Part shown: positions 1 to 9,198 of the stretch, piece by piece | Layout: the number at the start of each line of letters is the position of its first letter | Numbering within the stretch: the stretch's first letter is position 1 | Assembly (NCBI GenBank): GCA_039586755.1 | Contig: JBDHJU010000040.1 | Span: forward strand, 1,885 to 65,884 | Length of the DNA stretch: 64,000 nt | DNA from: Gemmatimonadota bacterium | GTDB taxonomy: Bacteria; Gemmatimonadota; Gemmatimonadetes; Palauibacterales; KS3-K002 | Direction: 5' to 3' | Notes under the pieces: generated by a model | What the model was told of the DNA's origin: nothing | The model's input: the letters and a program-made list of their open reading frames with translations, nothing else | Database searches by the model: none | Made by a program: the position numbers and the translations under genes

Positions 1-78
1 GGCGGAGCAAGCGACACCCGCCGAGCGGGAGTGGCTCTCCTCGCTTGTCGCTGATAACGACAAGGAGGAGCAGGTTTG

Positions 79-930
79 ATGGCCAGGCCCGCCGCTGCCG
101 AGCTGGTGCAGCGGATCCGCACCGCGTCAGAGGTGATCAGGAGCCGTTCCGACCTAAAGCCACGTGCCGCGGTCATCCTGGGCACCGGCTTGGGGGCTCT
201 GGCGGAGGAGATCGATGCGGACGCGAGCATACCGTACGAGGAGATCCCCGATTTTCCCGTGTCCACAGTGGAGAGCCACAGCGGTCGGCTCCTACTGGGC
301 CACCTATCGGGGCAGCCTGTAGTCGCCATGCAGGGTCGGTTCCATCGCTATGAGGGTTACACGCTGCCTCAGGTCGCCTTTCCCGTCCGGGTGATGCGCG
401 ACCTTGGCGCAGAGATGCTCATCGTGTCCAACGCCTGTGGCGGCATGAACCCGATGTGGGATGTGGGCGATCTCATGCTAATCGCGGACCATATCAACCT
501 TCTGGGTGACAACCCGCTCATCGGCCCGAACAGCGAAGAGCTCGGTCCGCGTTTCCCCGATATGTCGGAACCCTACGACGAGGGGTTGCAGCGTCTGGCG
601 CTCGATGTGGCGCGAGACGAGAAGATCACTCTACGACGTGGGGTCTATGTCGCGGTCAGCGGCCCAAACCTCGAGACGCGGGCCGAGTACCGCTTCTTGC
701 GGATGATCGGCGCCGACGTCGTTGGGATGTCCACCGTTCCGGAGGTCATTGTCGCCTTGCACGGCGGTATGAAAGTGCTGGGTGTTTCGATCATCACCGA
801 CAGTTGCCTGCCGGATGCCCTGAAGCCGGCTAGCGTCGAGGAGATCATCCAAGTGGCCGGCGCGGCGGAACCGAAACTGACGCTACTGATCAAGGAAGTC
901 GTAGCCCGCCTGGGCCCACAACAGATATGA
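79..930 (+). CDS. punA: Purine nucleoside phosphorylase (PunA/PNP family)
   Basis: ATG at 79 follows AAGGAGG (62-68). Motifs ILGTGLG, VESHSGRLLLG, MQGRFHRYEGY and VGMSTVPEV are typical of trimeric PNP. Stop overlaps the ileS start (ATGA). Confidence 0.88.
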   Translation: MARPAAAELVQRIRTASEVIRSRSDLKPRAAVILGTGLGALAEEIDADASIPYEEIPDFPVSTVESHSGRLLLGHLSGQPVVAMQGRFHRYEGYTLPQVAFPVRVMRDLGAEMLIVSNACGGMNPMWDVGDLMLIADHINLLGDNPLIGPNSEELGPRFPDMSEPYDEGLQRLALDVARDEKITLRRGVYVAVSGPNLETRAEYRFLRMIGADVVGMSTVPEVIVALHGGMKVLGVSIITDSCLPDALKPASVEEIIQVAGAAEPKLTLLIKEVVARLGPQQI

Positions 931-3900
931 CGGACAAGCTTTACCGCGAGATTCCCGAGGATCCAACCGAACTCGAAGAAGACGTCCTGCGGACCTGGGA
1001 AGAAGAGGACACCTTCCACCGCTCGCTCGAGCTAACCAAGGACGGCGAGCCGTTCGTGTTCTATGAGGGCCCGCCGACGGCGAACGGCCGGCCGGGGATT
1101 CACCACGTCTTCTCGCGGTCGCTCAAGGACACCTTCTGTCGCTACAAGACGATGCAGGGGCGCTCGGTCACCCGCATCGCCGGTTGGGATACGCACGGTC
1201 TCCCGGTGGAGGTCGAAGCCGAGAAGGCGCTCGGCATCTCCGGCAAACCCGGGATCGAGAAGATTGGCGTCGAGAAGTTCGCAGCAGTCTGCCGGGAACA
1301 CATCTTCACCTACAAAGAAGACTGGGAGAAGCTGTCTTTCAGAATTGGTTTCTGGCTCGATTACTCGCGCCCCTACATCACCTGCTCGCCCGAGTTCATC
1401 GAGAGCGTCTGGTGGGCGCTCTCGCAGTTCCACGAGAAGGGCCTTGTGTATCGCGGCCACAAGGTCGTCCCGTACTGCCCGCGCTGCGGGACCGGCCTCT
1501 CGAGCCACGAGGTCGCCCAAGGGTACGAGGATGTCACGGAACCGGCGGTGACGGTCAAGTTCCCGGTCGAGGGTCGGCCGGGTGAGTACCTGCTCGCCTG
1601 GACGACGACGCCCTGGACCCTGCCGGGGAACATCGCGCTCGCCGTCAGTCCGATGATCGCCTACGTGAAGGCGCGGGTCGGCGACGAGATCTTCTATTTG
1701 GCTGAGCGGTTGGCCGACGAGGTTTTGGGCGCGGGCCACGAGATCCTGGAGACCATGCCGGGCGGGAAGCTGGAGGGTCTTCGCTACGAGCCGCCGTTCC
1801 CGTTTCTCGCCGAAACGGTTGGTCGGCAGAACGGCTGGTTCGTAGCGGTGGCCGACTTCGTGACTGCCGACGAGGGGACTGGGATCGTGCACACCGCGGT
1901 CATGTACGGTCAAGACGACTACGACCTCGGAGTGCAGCTCGGGCTCCCGGAGCACCATCTGGTTGACGAGCAGGGCCGCTTCAACCCGGAGGTGACGGCC
2001 TGGGCGGGCGTCTTCGTCAAGGACGCCGACCCGCAGATCGTAGAGGCTCTGAAGGAGTCGGGCCGGCTCTGGAAGGCCGCCGACTACACTCACAGTTATC
2101 CGTTCTGCTGGCGTTGCGATACGCCGCTCCTCTACTACGCACGGAACTCGTGGTATCTGCGAACGACGGCAGTCAAGGATCGGCTGCTGGCGAACAACGC
2201 CGCCATCGATTGGCATCCGCCGGAGATCGGCCGTGGCCGTATGGGGGAGTGGCTCGAGAACAACGTGGACTGGGCCCTGTCGCGCGATCGCTACTGGGGC
2301 ACGCCGTTGCCTGTGTGGGTCTGTGATCAGGACCGATCTCACATTCGGTTCATCGGGAGCTATAGCGAGCTGGCTGAGTGCGCTGGCATCGAGTTGGGCC
2401 CTGACTTCGACCCGCACAAGCCGTTCATCGACGCGCTTGAATGGGAGTGCCCGGATTGCGGCGCGACTATGCGGCGAACCCCGGAAGTCATCGACACCTG
2501 GTTCGATTCGGGTTCCATGCCGTTCGGCCAGTGGCACTATCCGATGGAGCACGAGTCCGAATTCAAGAATCAATTCCCGGCGGACTTCATCGCGGAAGGT
2601 TTGGATCAGACGAGGGGCTGGTTCTACTCGCTGCTGGCGATCTCGACGGTGTTGTTCGATGAGGCGCCGTACAGGAACGTGGTCGTCAACGGCATGCTTC
2701 TGGATGCCGATGGCATCAAGATGTCGAAGCGGCTGGGCAACGTGGTCGATCCGTGGGACGCGGTCGGCGAGTATGGCGCCGACGCGATTCGCTACTATCT
2801 CCTTTCGGTAAGCAATCCCTGGCTGCCCAAACGCCACGACCCGAAGGCGATCGGCGAAGTACGCCGGAGGTTTTTTGCCACGTTGTCGGCAACCTATCGC
2901 TTCTTCGAGCTGTACGCCAACCTGGAGAATTGGAGGCCGGGTGATGAGGAGGCGGTGGCCAAACGTCCGATAATGGATCGCTGGCTGCTCTCGCGCCTCG
3001 ACGCTGTCGTGGCTGCCTGCCGATCCGACCTCGACAACTACAACGTCACTCACGCGATTCGCAGGATCAGCGATTTCGTGACCGACGACGTGTCGAACTG
3101 GTACGTGAGGCTCACGCGGGCGCGCTTCTGGGGAACGAGAGCGGCGACGCGTGAGACGATGAACGCTGCCTTCGCTACGCTGTGGGAGGTGCTCGTCACT
3201 ACCTGCCGCCTCATGGCGCCGGCGATCCCGTTCATCAGCGACTGGATCCATCGCGAGCTGGCCGACGGGGTTTCCGTGCATTTCGAGCGCTACCCCGAGC
3301 CGCGGGATCGGCGCGATCCGCAGCTGGACCGGGCCATGGATTCCGGCCGCCAGCTGGTCCGGCTCGGCAGGGCCGCCCGGGAGCTGGCCGGGGCCCGGGT
3401 TCGCCAACCGCTGCGCCGGTTGTATGCGGTGCTGCCAGCCGAGCGAGCGACGGGGTTGGACGAGGAAGTATTGAAACTCGTGCGGGATGAGTTGAACGTG
3501 AAGGAGATTACCTTCACCGCCGATGCCGGTGAGCTGGTTTCCCTCAAGGCGGAGCCGGACTTCGCGGTTCTGGGGCCCCGATTCGGCCCTCGCGCCCAGG
3601 CGGTTGCGGAGGCCCTGAAGGCTTTGGGTGGCCCCGAGCTGGCCGAGTGGCAGGCCGCGGGCGGGGGGCCGCTGACCCTCGAGGTCTCGGATGAGCGGGT
3701 CGACGTCCCAGAGACGGCGGTGACCCTCGTGCAGGAACCGCGGCCGGGCCTGGTCGTTCAGTCGGATGGTGGGGTGACGGTGGGGCTGGACACGGCGGTA
3801 GACGAGGCGCTGAGGCTGGAGGGCATCGCCCGGGATCTTGTCAACCGGATTCAGCGTTTGCGGCGTGATGCGGGGTTGGAACTGGACGACCGGATCCGTT

Positions 3901-4085
3901 TGGGTATCTTTGGGGCGCCCGAGGTAGTCTCAGCGGCGGAAATCCACAGCGAATACATAGCCGGTGAGGTACTGGCTGTGGCTGTGGAAGTGGGTAGCGA
4001 GGCGCTGGCTGGGAACGCCTACGAGCACGTGCAGCAGTTCCGGCTGGAAGCCGGCGAGGCTGAAGTCGGGGTCCAGGTAACTTGA
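927..4085 (+). CDS. ileS: Isoleucyl-tRNA synthetase (type 2)
   Basis: 1052 aa. Has PPTANGRPGIHH (HIGH region), KMSKRLGN (KMSKS) and Cys clusters CPRCGT/CWRCDT and CPDCG. Length and order fit IleRS. Confidence 0.95.
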   Translation: MTDKLYREIPEDPTELEEDVLRTWEEEDTFHRSLELTKDGEPFVFYEGPPTANGRPGIHHVFSRSLKDTFCRYKTMQGRSVTRIAGWDTHGLPVEVEAEKALGISGKPGIEKIGVEKFAAVCREHIFTYKEDWEKLSFRIGFWLDYSRPYITCSPEFIESVWWALSQFHEKGLVYRGHKVVPYCPRCGTGLSSHEVAQGYEDVTEPAVTVKFPVEGRPGEYLLAWTTTPWTLPGNIALAVSPMIAYVKARVGDEIFYLAERLADEVLGAGHEILETMPGGKLEGLRYEPPFPFLAETVGRQNGWFVAVADFVTADEGTGIVHTAVMYGQDDYDLGVQLGLPEHHLVDEQGRFNPEVTAWAGVFVKDADPQIVEALKESGRLWKAADYTHSYPFCWRCDTPLLYYARNSWYLRTTAVKDRLLANNAAIDWHPPEIGRGRMGEWLENNVDWALSRDRYWGTPLPVWVCDQDRSHIRFIGSYSELAECAGIELGPDFDPHKPFIDALEWECPDCGATMRRTPEVIDTWFDSGSMPFGQWHYPMEHESEFKNQFPADFIAEGLDQTRGWFYSLLAISTVLFDEAPYRNVVVNGMLLDADGIKMSKRLGNVVDPWDAVGEYGADAIRYYLLSVSNPWLPKRHDPKAIGEVRRRFFATLSATYRFFELYANLENWRPGDEEAVAKRPIMDRWLLSRLDAVVAACRSDLDNYNVTHAIRRISDFVTDDVSNWYVRLTRARFWGTRAATRETMNAAFATLWEVLVTTCRLMAPAIPFISDWIHRELADGVSVHFERYPEPRDRRDPQLDRAMDSGRQLVRLGRAARELAGARVRQPLRRLYAVLPAERATGLDEEVLKLVRDELNVKEITFTADAGELVSLKAEPDFAVLGPRFGPRAQAVAEALKALGGPELAEWQAAGGGPLTLEVSDERVDVPETAVTLVQEPRPGLVVQSDGGVTVGLDTAVDEALRLEGIARDLVNRIQRLRRDAGLELDDRIRLGIFGAPEVVSAAEIHSEYIAGEVLAVAVEVGSEALAGNAYEHVQQFRLEAGEAEVGVQVT

Positions 4086-4113
4086 CCGCTGTCGAAATGG
4101 TTGAGGAGTAGAG

Positions 4114-4500
4114 ATGCCACTGAGCAATAAAGATCGGGCGCACTTCGAGGAGCGCCTTTTAGATGAGCGGGAGAAGATAGTCAAGCAGCTGGCCCAGTTC
4201 GATGAATCGTTCTCAGACACGCTCCAGGGGTCGGATGGCGATCTGTCGGCGTACAGTTTCCACATGGCGGATCAGGGGACTGACGCGATGGAGCGCGAGA
4301 AGGCGTTCCTGTTTGCCAGCAAGGAAGGTCGGCTGCTGTATCACATCGATGATGCCCTGCGTCGTCTTTACAAGTCGCCGGAGAGCTTCGGCATCTGCCA
4401 GGAGTGCGGTGAGGAAGTGGGGTATGAGCGGTTGGACGCGCTTCCCCACGCTCGACTGTGCATCAAGTGCAAGGAGCGGGAGGAGGATGGTGGTGCCTGA
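4114..4500 (+). CDS. DksA/TraR-family C4 zinc-finger protein
   Basis: 128 aa with a C-terminal CQECGEEV...CIKCK four-Cys finger after a predicted coiled-coil. GAGGAG lies upstream of the ATG. Confidence 0.8.
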   Translation: MPLSNKDRAHFEERLLDEREKIVKQLAQFDESFSDTLQGSDGDLSAYSFHMADQGTDAMEREKAFLFASKEGRLLYHIDDALRRLYKSPESFGICQECGEEVGYERLDALPHARLCIKCKEREEDGGA

Positions 4501-5059
4501 CGGGTACCCGCGGGCGGAGGAAATGAGCGCGGGAGAGGAGTTTGCGGGGGCCGCTCCGCTGAAGGGGAAACTGAGTGCCTTTGCGGGCACGGCGGGCGCA
4601 ATTCTCGCTCTCGACATGCTGACCAAGTACCTGGTTCAGCAAACGCTGACTCCCTACGACCAGATACCTGTCTTCGGCGAGTTCTTTCGGCTGACGTATA
4701 TCTATAACCCGGGGGCGGCTTTCGGGCTTCATCTCGGGCCCTACTCGCGGTTTATTTTCCTCGCCCTCGCCTTCGTTGCTCTCGGTGTGCTGCTCGTTAT
4801 GTACCGGCACACAGCTGCAGATGACCGACTGAGGCTGTTCGCGATCGGGGCGATCTCCGGCGGTGCATTGGGCAACGTGATCGACCGTATCCGCTCGGCG
4901 GCGGGTGTAGTTGATTTCTTGGACTTCGGCATAGGCACCCTGCGCTGGCCAGTGTTCAACATAGCGGATACGGCCGTCACCTTGGGGGCCATCCTGCTCC
5001 TCGCCTCGCTTTGGGCGGAAGACCAGCGTCGCGACCAGAGTAAGAGTGGATCCGGTTGA
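4487..5059 (+). CDS. lspA: Lipoprotein signal peptidase (signal peptidase II)
   Basis: In-frame ATG at 4487 after GGAGGAGGA. Has YNPGAAFG and FNIADTAV (catalytic Asp) motifs and four hydrophobic segments. The first 95 codons of the ORF-track entry overlap the dksA-like gene and look non-coding. Confidence 0.88.
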   Translation: MVVPDGYPRAEEMSAGEEFAGAAPLKGKLSAFAGTAGAILALDMLTKYLVQQTLTPYDQIPVFGEFFRLTYIYNPGAAFGLHLGPYSRFIFLALAFVALGVLLVMYRHTAADDRLRLFAIGAISGGALGNVIDRIRSAAGVVDFLDFGIGTLRWPVFNIADTAVTLGAILLLASLWAEDQRRDQSKSGSG

Positions 5060-6014
5060 GGAGCGGGAAGGTTTCGCTACCCACCGGGTCGAGGTAGATG
5101 AGCCCAGCGGGCAGAGGATCGACCGCTATCTAGCAGACAGACTTCCGCTTTCCCGTTCCCAGATAGTCGCATTGATTGACGCGGGTAGAGTCCGCGTCGC
5201 CGACCGGACTCCCAAGAAGAGCTACATCCCCGAAGTGGGCGACGTCATAGAGGTCGTCGTTCCGCCGCCCGAGCCGATGTTGGCGGTCGCGGAAGAGATC
5301 CCGATCGAGATCGTCTTCGAGGACGAGGGATTTCTCGTTGTGAACAAGCCGGCCGGGATGGTTGTCCACCCGGCCCCCGGCCACCCCCGTGGCACGCTCG
5401 TCAACGCTGTCCTGCACCATGTAGGCCGGCTGTCCCCGGTTGGTGGGGCGCGCAGACCGGGAATCGTTCACCGGCTGGACAAGGACACCTCGGGCTTGAT
5501 CATCGTCGCCAAGGACGAGACGATCCATCGCCGCCTCGCCGGCTCGCTGGCACAGCGTGAGATCGTCCGCCGCTATCTGGCTGCCTGCTGGGGACATCTC
5601 CAGGACGACACCCTGCGGGTTGAGGCGGACGTCGGCCGTCACCAACGCGATCGTAAGCGAATGGCCGTGGTACCGGGCGCGCGGACCGCGGTAACCGAGA
5701 TCCAGCGCATCGAGCGGTGGAAGGCCGCCGATTTGCTCAAGGTCCGACTTCTCACAGGCCGAACCCACCAAATCCGTGTCCATTTGAGACATATCGGCCA
5801 CCCGGTCGTCGGCGACCGACAGTACGGTCAGGGTTGGGAGCGTGGCCTGGAAGGCCGCTGGCCGGGCGACCTGGCAAAACGGGTAAAACGGCAATTCTTA
5901 CACGCGGCGGAGCTGGCCTTTGCGCACCCTGTTTCGGGTGAGCGGCTGGAGCTCTCGGCCCCCCTACCCGGGGACCTGGCGGAAGCCGCAGAATGGGCCC
6001 GCCGGACAAGTTGA
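5046..6014 (+). CDS. rluD: 23S rRNA pseudouridine synthase, RluA/RluD family
   Basis: S4-like N-terminus (RIDRYLADRL), catalytic HRLDKDTSGLIIVAK and GRTHQIRVH. GTG start overlaps the lspA end. Confidence 0.9.
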   Translation: MDPVEEREGFATHRVEVDEPSGQRIDRYLADRLPLSRSQIVALIDAGRVRVADRTPKKSYIPEVGDVIEVVVPPPEPMLAVAEEIPIEIVFEDEGFLVVNKPAGMVVHPAPGHPRGTLVNAVLHHVGRLSPVGGARRPGIVHRLDKDTSGLIIVAKDETIHRRLAGSLAQREIVRRYLAACWGHLQDDTLRVEADVGRHQRDRKRMAVVPGARTAVTEIQRIERWKAADLLKVRLLTGRTHQIRVHLRHIGHPVVGDRQYGQGWERGLEGRWPGDLAKRVKRQFLHAAELAFAHPVSGERLELSAPLPGDLAEAAEWARRTS

Positions 6015-6039
6015 CCGACGCGTTAGTCGTTATTATACT
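6011..6039 (+). promoter_or_regulatory. Sigma70-like promoter for the che-mgl operon: TTGACC-17 nt-TATACT
   Basis: -35 TTGACC (6011-6016, overlapping the rluD stop), a 17-nt spacer, then -10 TATACT (6034-6039). It lies ~70 nt upstream of the cheW start, in the only sizeable gap before the operon. Confidence 0.5.
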
Positions 6040-6111
6040 TGTACTTCCGCGAGTGGCCGCACCGCGAAACCTCCCCCATTTCCCATTAACGTGCTTCGAG
6101 GGTTGCACTGG

Positions 6112-6603
6112 GTGTCGGACTCTGCCAGGCGCCAGCTACTTGTTGAGGTCGGGGGGTGTCTGTTCGCCGCCGCCCCCGACGAGGTTCGCGAGGTGATGGA
6201 TCGGACCGAGGCGACGCCGGTCCCCGGAGCGATACAGGGTGTGCTGGGTCTTCTGAATCGGCGTGGCAAAGTCATCGTCGCCGGAGAACTGGGTGTGTTC
6301 CTGGGTGTGGACTCGAATCCTGGCGAAGAGTCGGCGCTCGTGGTTTTCGCCGACGGCGATAGGCGGATCGCTTTGATGGTGGACCGGGTGATAGGCATGG
6401 CTCCCTATGCGGGGACCGAGCTCGACGTCGAGAGTGATTTGCTGGAGGCGCTTGGTGCCCGAGAGATGGCGTTAGGAGTGGGGCAGTTCGGGCCGCGGCC
6501 GTACATAAGGCTCGATGTGCCGGCGATCTTCGCACGTGTTTTCGATCAGGCCGGAGACCGTGATCGGTCGATACGGCTCGGATCGACGGTAAGACAGGAG
6601 TGA
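6112..6603 (+). CDS. cheW: CheW-like coupling protein
   Basis: Single CheW domain (LLVEVGGCLFAAAPDEVREV...PGAIQGVLGLLNRRGKVI...ALMVDRVIG). GTG at 6112 follows GAGGG; 6091 and 6103 are alternative starts. The upstream part of the ORF-track entry overlaps rluD. Confidence 0.8.
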   Translation: MSDSARRQLLVEVGGCLFAAAPDEVREVMDRTEATPVPGAIQGVLGLLNRRGKVIVAGELGVFLGVDSNPGEESALVVFADGDRRIALMVDRVIGMAPYAGTELDVESDLLEALGAREMALGVGQFGPRPYIRLDVPAIFARVFDQAGDRDRSIRLGSTVRQE

Positions 6604-6606
6604 TTC

Positions 6607-6969
6607 ATGAGCCGCACGGTGCTGATTGTAGACGACGCGATCTTCATGCGGACGATGATCGCTGACATCCTCAAGGGCGCGGACTTCGAGGTCGTGGGTG
6701 AGGCTTCCTCCGGGGCGGAAGCCGTTGAGAAGTATAAGGAGCTCAAGCCTGATCTGGTGACCATGGACATCGTGATGCCCGACATGGGTGGGATCGATGC
6801 GGTTCGCGAGATCATAGAGTTCGACCCCGACGCCAGGATCCTGATGTGCAGCGCAATGGGCCAGCAGGGTCTGGTGGTCGAGGCCATTCAGGCCGGTGCC
6901 CGAGACTTCGTCGTCAAGCCGTTCCAGCCCTCAAGGGTACTCGAGGCAGTGCAACGCTTGTTGGGATGA
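6607..6969 (+). CDS. cheY: CheY-like single-domain response regulator
   Basis: 120 aa REC domain with the acidic pocket (VDDA), phospho-acceptor Asp (VTMDIVMPDMGG), conserved Ser (MCSAMG) and Lys (VVKPF). Confidence 0.93.
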   Translation: MSRTVLIVDDAIFMRTMIADILKGADFEVVGEASSGAEAVEKYKELKPDLVTMDIVMPDMGGIDAVREIIEFDPDARILMCSAMGQQGLVVEAIQAGARDFVVKPFQPSRVLEAVQRLLG

Positions 6970-8549
6970 GCCAGCAGCAGAAATACGCCGAGCTCTTTGC
7001 AGCCGAGGCGCGCGAGCATCTGGCGGAGATGGGTCGCGCGCTCGTTGCTCTAGAAGAGGAACTGGCAGCGGCGATGGGCTACGAGGTTCCGACACGGCTC
7101 GCCCACAACATTGAGTCGGTGCTCGACGAGTTGAGGTCGGGCAGGCGGAAGGTAGGCGCCAAAGTCGTGGACCTTCTGTTGGAGACTTCCGATCTCCTCG
7201 AGGGTGCGGTCGAGGCTACCGTGGCCGGCAAAACGCCGGCCGATCCGTCTTCTGCGATTGAGCGACTGGTACTCTGGCGACTGGCCGACGAAGGTGTGGC
7301 GCAGCAACAGCCACCGGCGGAGGAAACGAGTGCAGCTGAGCAACCATCGCCGGCGTACGAGGCGCAGCGCGTCGCGGCCCCCACCTCGCGACGCTCAGAC
7401 AGCAGTCGCTTGCGCGTTGACATCCGCCGCCTCGATGCACTGATGAACCTGATGGGCGAGTTGATGATCCTGCGCGGCGAACTGAAAGCCCTGGCGGATC
7501 AGCTGGGCGCCGAGTCGCTTCAGGATGCGGTGGAGCGTGCCGGCAGGTTCATCGGCGAGATGCAGGCGCACGTAGTCGGAAGTCGGATGGTGCCTGTTTG
7601 GCAGATCTTCGATCGTTTCCCGCGCCTGGTGCGCGATGCCTCGCGTTCGGTGGGGAAGGAGATCGAGCTCAAGATTACCGGTAAACAACTCGAGCTCGAC
7701 CGATCACTACTAGATGCTATAAGCGATCCACTCGTTCACCTGCTGCGCAACGCTGTGGACCACGGCATCGAGCCTGCTGAAGAGCGCGAGCGCGCCGGTA
7801 AGCCGCGAGTCGGACGTATCGAGCTCGCTGCCCAGCGCGAGCGCTCGCGTCTGGTGATCACCATCCGTGACGATGGCCGGGGCATCGATCGCGAGGTTGT
7901 GGTCGAAAAGGCCAGGCGCGAGGGGCTTCTGGGGGCCGGCGAGGAACCGACGGACCAGATGCTGTTTCGAATCATGGCGCGACCGGGATTCTCGACGGCT
8001 GCGCAGATTACCACGCTGTCCGGCCGCGGAGTCGGGCTCGACGTCGTCGAGACCACCATCCGGGGGCTCGGTGGCTCGGTCGGCTTCAGGAGCGAGCCAG
8101 GTTCCGGCACTTCGTTCCGTCTCGATCTCCCGCTGACCCTGGCCATCCTGCGCGCTCTGATCGTTGAGGTGGACGGTCAGGTCTATGCCGTACCCGCCAC
8201 ATTCACGCGGGAGAGTTTCGAGGTCGAGGAGGAGGCCGTGGAGCGGGCGCACGGTCAGGAGTGGGTTCACTGGGCCGGCGAGCGCGTGCCTCTGACGCGC
8301 CTGCGGACTCTGTTCAACGGTGGAGAGGGCAACGGATCGTCGAAGGACGGAGTCGGCTTCCTGAATCTCGTCGGTCTCGAGTTCGGGGACTCGCGCATGG
8401 TTATCTCGGTCGACGAGTTCCTGGGCGAAGAGGAAATAGTCATCAAGCCATTCGATCCCCCGCGCGGCGCTGTACCCGTGTTCTCCGGTGCTATCGTCCG
8501 GCCGGATGGACGACCGGCCTTGGTGCTGGACGTCGGTAACCTGTCGTGA
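6966..8549 (+). CDS. cheA: CheA-like histidine kinase with atypical P1 and no P2 domain
   Basis: ATGA overlap with cheY. Has the dimerisation segment RVDIRRLDALMNLMGELMI, N-box HLLRNAVDHGIE, G1 DDGRGID, G2 GRGVGLDVV and a C-terminal CheW-like P5. The N-terminal Hpt-like bundle lacks the HxxKG phospho-His helix (see findings). Confidence 0.9.
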   Translation: MSQQQKYAELFAAEAREHLAEMGRALVALEEELAAAMGYEVPTRLAHNIESVLDELRSGRRKVGAKVVDLLLETSDLLEGAVEATVAGKTPADPSSAIERLVLWRLADEGVAQQQPPAEETSAAEQPSPAYEAQRVAAPTSRRSDSSRLRVDIRRLDALMNLMGELMILRGELKALADQLGAESLQDAVERAGRFIGEMQAHVVGSRMVPVWQIFDRFPRLVRDASRSVGKEIELKITGKQLELDRSLLDAISDPLVHLLRNAVDHGIEPAEERERAGKPRVGRIELAAQRERSRLVITIRDDGRGIDREVVVEKARREGLLGAGEEPTDQMLFRIMARPGFSTAAQITTLSGRGVGLDVVETTIRGLGGSVGFRSEPGSGTSFRLDLPLTLAILRALIVEVDGQVYAVPATFTRESFEVEEEAVERAHGQEWVHWAGERVPLTRLRTLFNGGEGNGSSKDGVGFLNLVGLEFGDSRMVISVDEFLGEEEIVIKPFDPPRGAVPVFSGAIVRPDGRPALVLDVGNLS

Positions 8550-8580
8550 TACGCGGATCCACCAGTGAGGGATGGCGTGA

Positions 8581-9198
8581 ATGAACGCGAAGCGTGAGCT
8601 CCATGACAAAGAGCTTGATGCTCTCAAGGAAGTAGCGAACATCGGCGCAGGCCACGCGGCGACGGCACTAAGCCAGCTGACGAGTCGCCGCATCATGATC
8701 GATGTGCCGAAGGTGCAGATTTGCACCATCGAGGAAGCAGCCTCCGCCGTTGGCGATGGTGGGGTGGTTGCCGCCGTGCTCATGCAGGTGTTGGGTGACC
8801 TGACCGGTCGCAGTCTGTTGCTGTTCGAGAAGAATCTGGCGTTGCAGCTCGCCGACATGTTGCTCACTAGGGAGCCCGGGACGACCAAGGTCTTTGCCGA
8901 GTTCGAGCAGTCGGCGCTCAAGGAGACGGCGAACATCTTGACCGGCGCGTACCTGAACGGGCTGTCCGACATGCTGGGGCTAATGCTGATACCGTCGGTG
9001 CCGAGCCTTGCCATCGACCTCAGCACAGCGATTCTGTCCACGGCCTACCTCGACTTCACCTACGAGCAAGGAAACGTCATCATCCTGGACACGCGGTTTC
9101 GATTCGACCCCGGCGACGCCAGCATGTCGGGTCATTTCGTCTTGTTGCCGGACCCGGCGAGTCTTGAAGTGATACTGAAGGCTGCTCGTTTGCTGTGA
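8581..9198 (+). CDS. cheC: CheC-family CheY-P phosphatase
   Basis: Both ExxN-x22-P active-site motifs are present: KEVAN...(22 aa)...P and KETAN...(22 aa)...P. Confidence 0.85.
   Translation: MNAKRELHDKELDALKEVANIGAGHAATALSQLTSRRIMIDVPKVQICTIEEAASAVGDGGVVAAVLMQVLGDLTGRSLLLFEKNLALQLADMLLTREPGTTKVFAEFEQSALKETANILTGAYLNGLSDMLGLMLIPSVPSLAIDLSTAILSTAYLDFTYEQGNVIILDTRFRFDPGDASMSGHFVLLPDPASLEVILKAARLL

Noticed and set aside
1032-3407. 791-aa ORF antisense to ileS. Similar long antisense or shadow ORFs occur at 7710-9041, 9318-10100, 10164-11309, 12247-13371, 25750-26622, 31171-32094, 40346-41548, 41689-43023, 42782-43954, 44755-45768 and 62149-63033.
   Set aside because: Each lies opposite a gene with strong motif support. 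They have Arg/Pro/Gly/Ala-dominated composition and no recognisable motifs. Long stop-free antisense frames are expected at this GC content.
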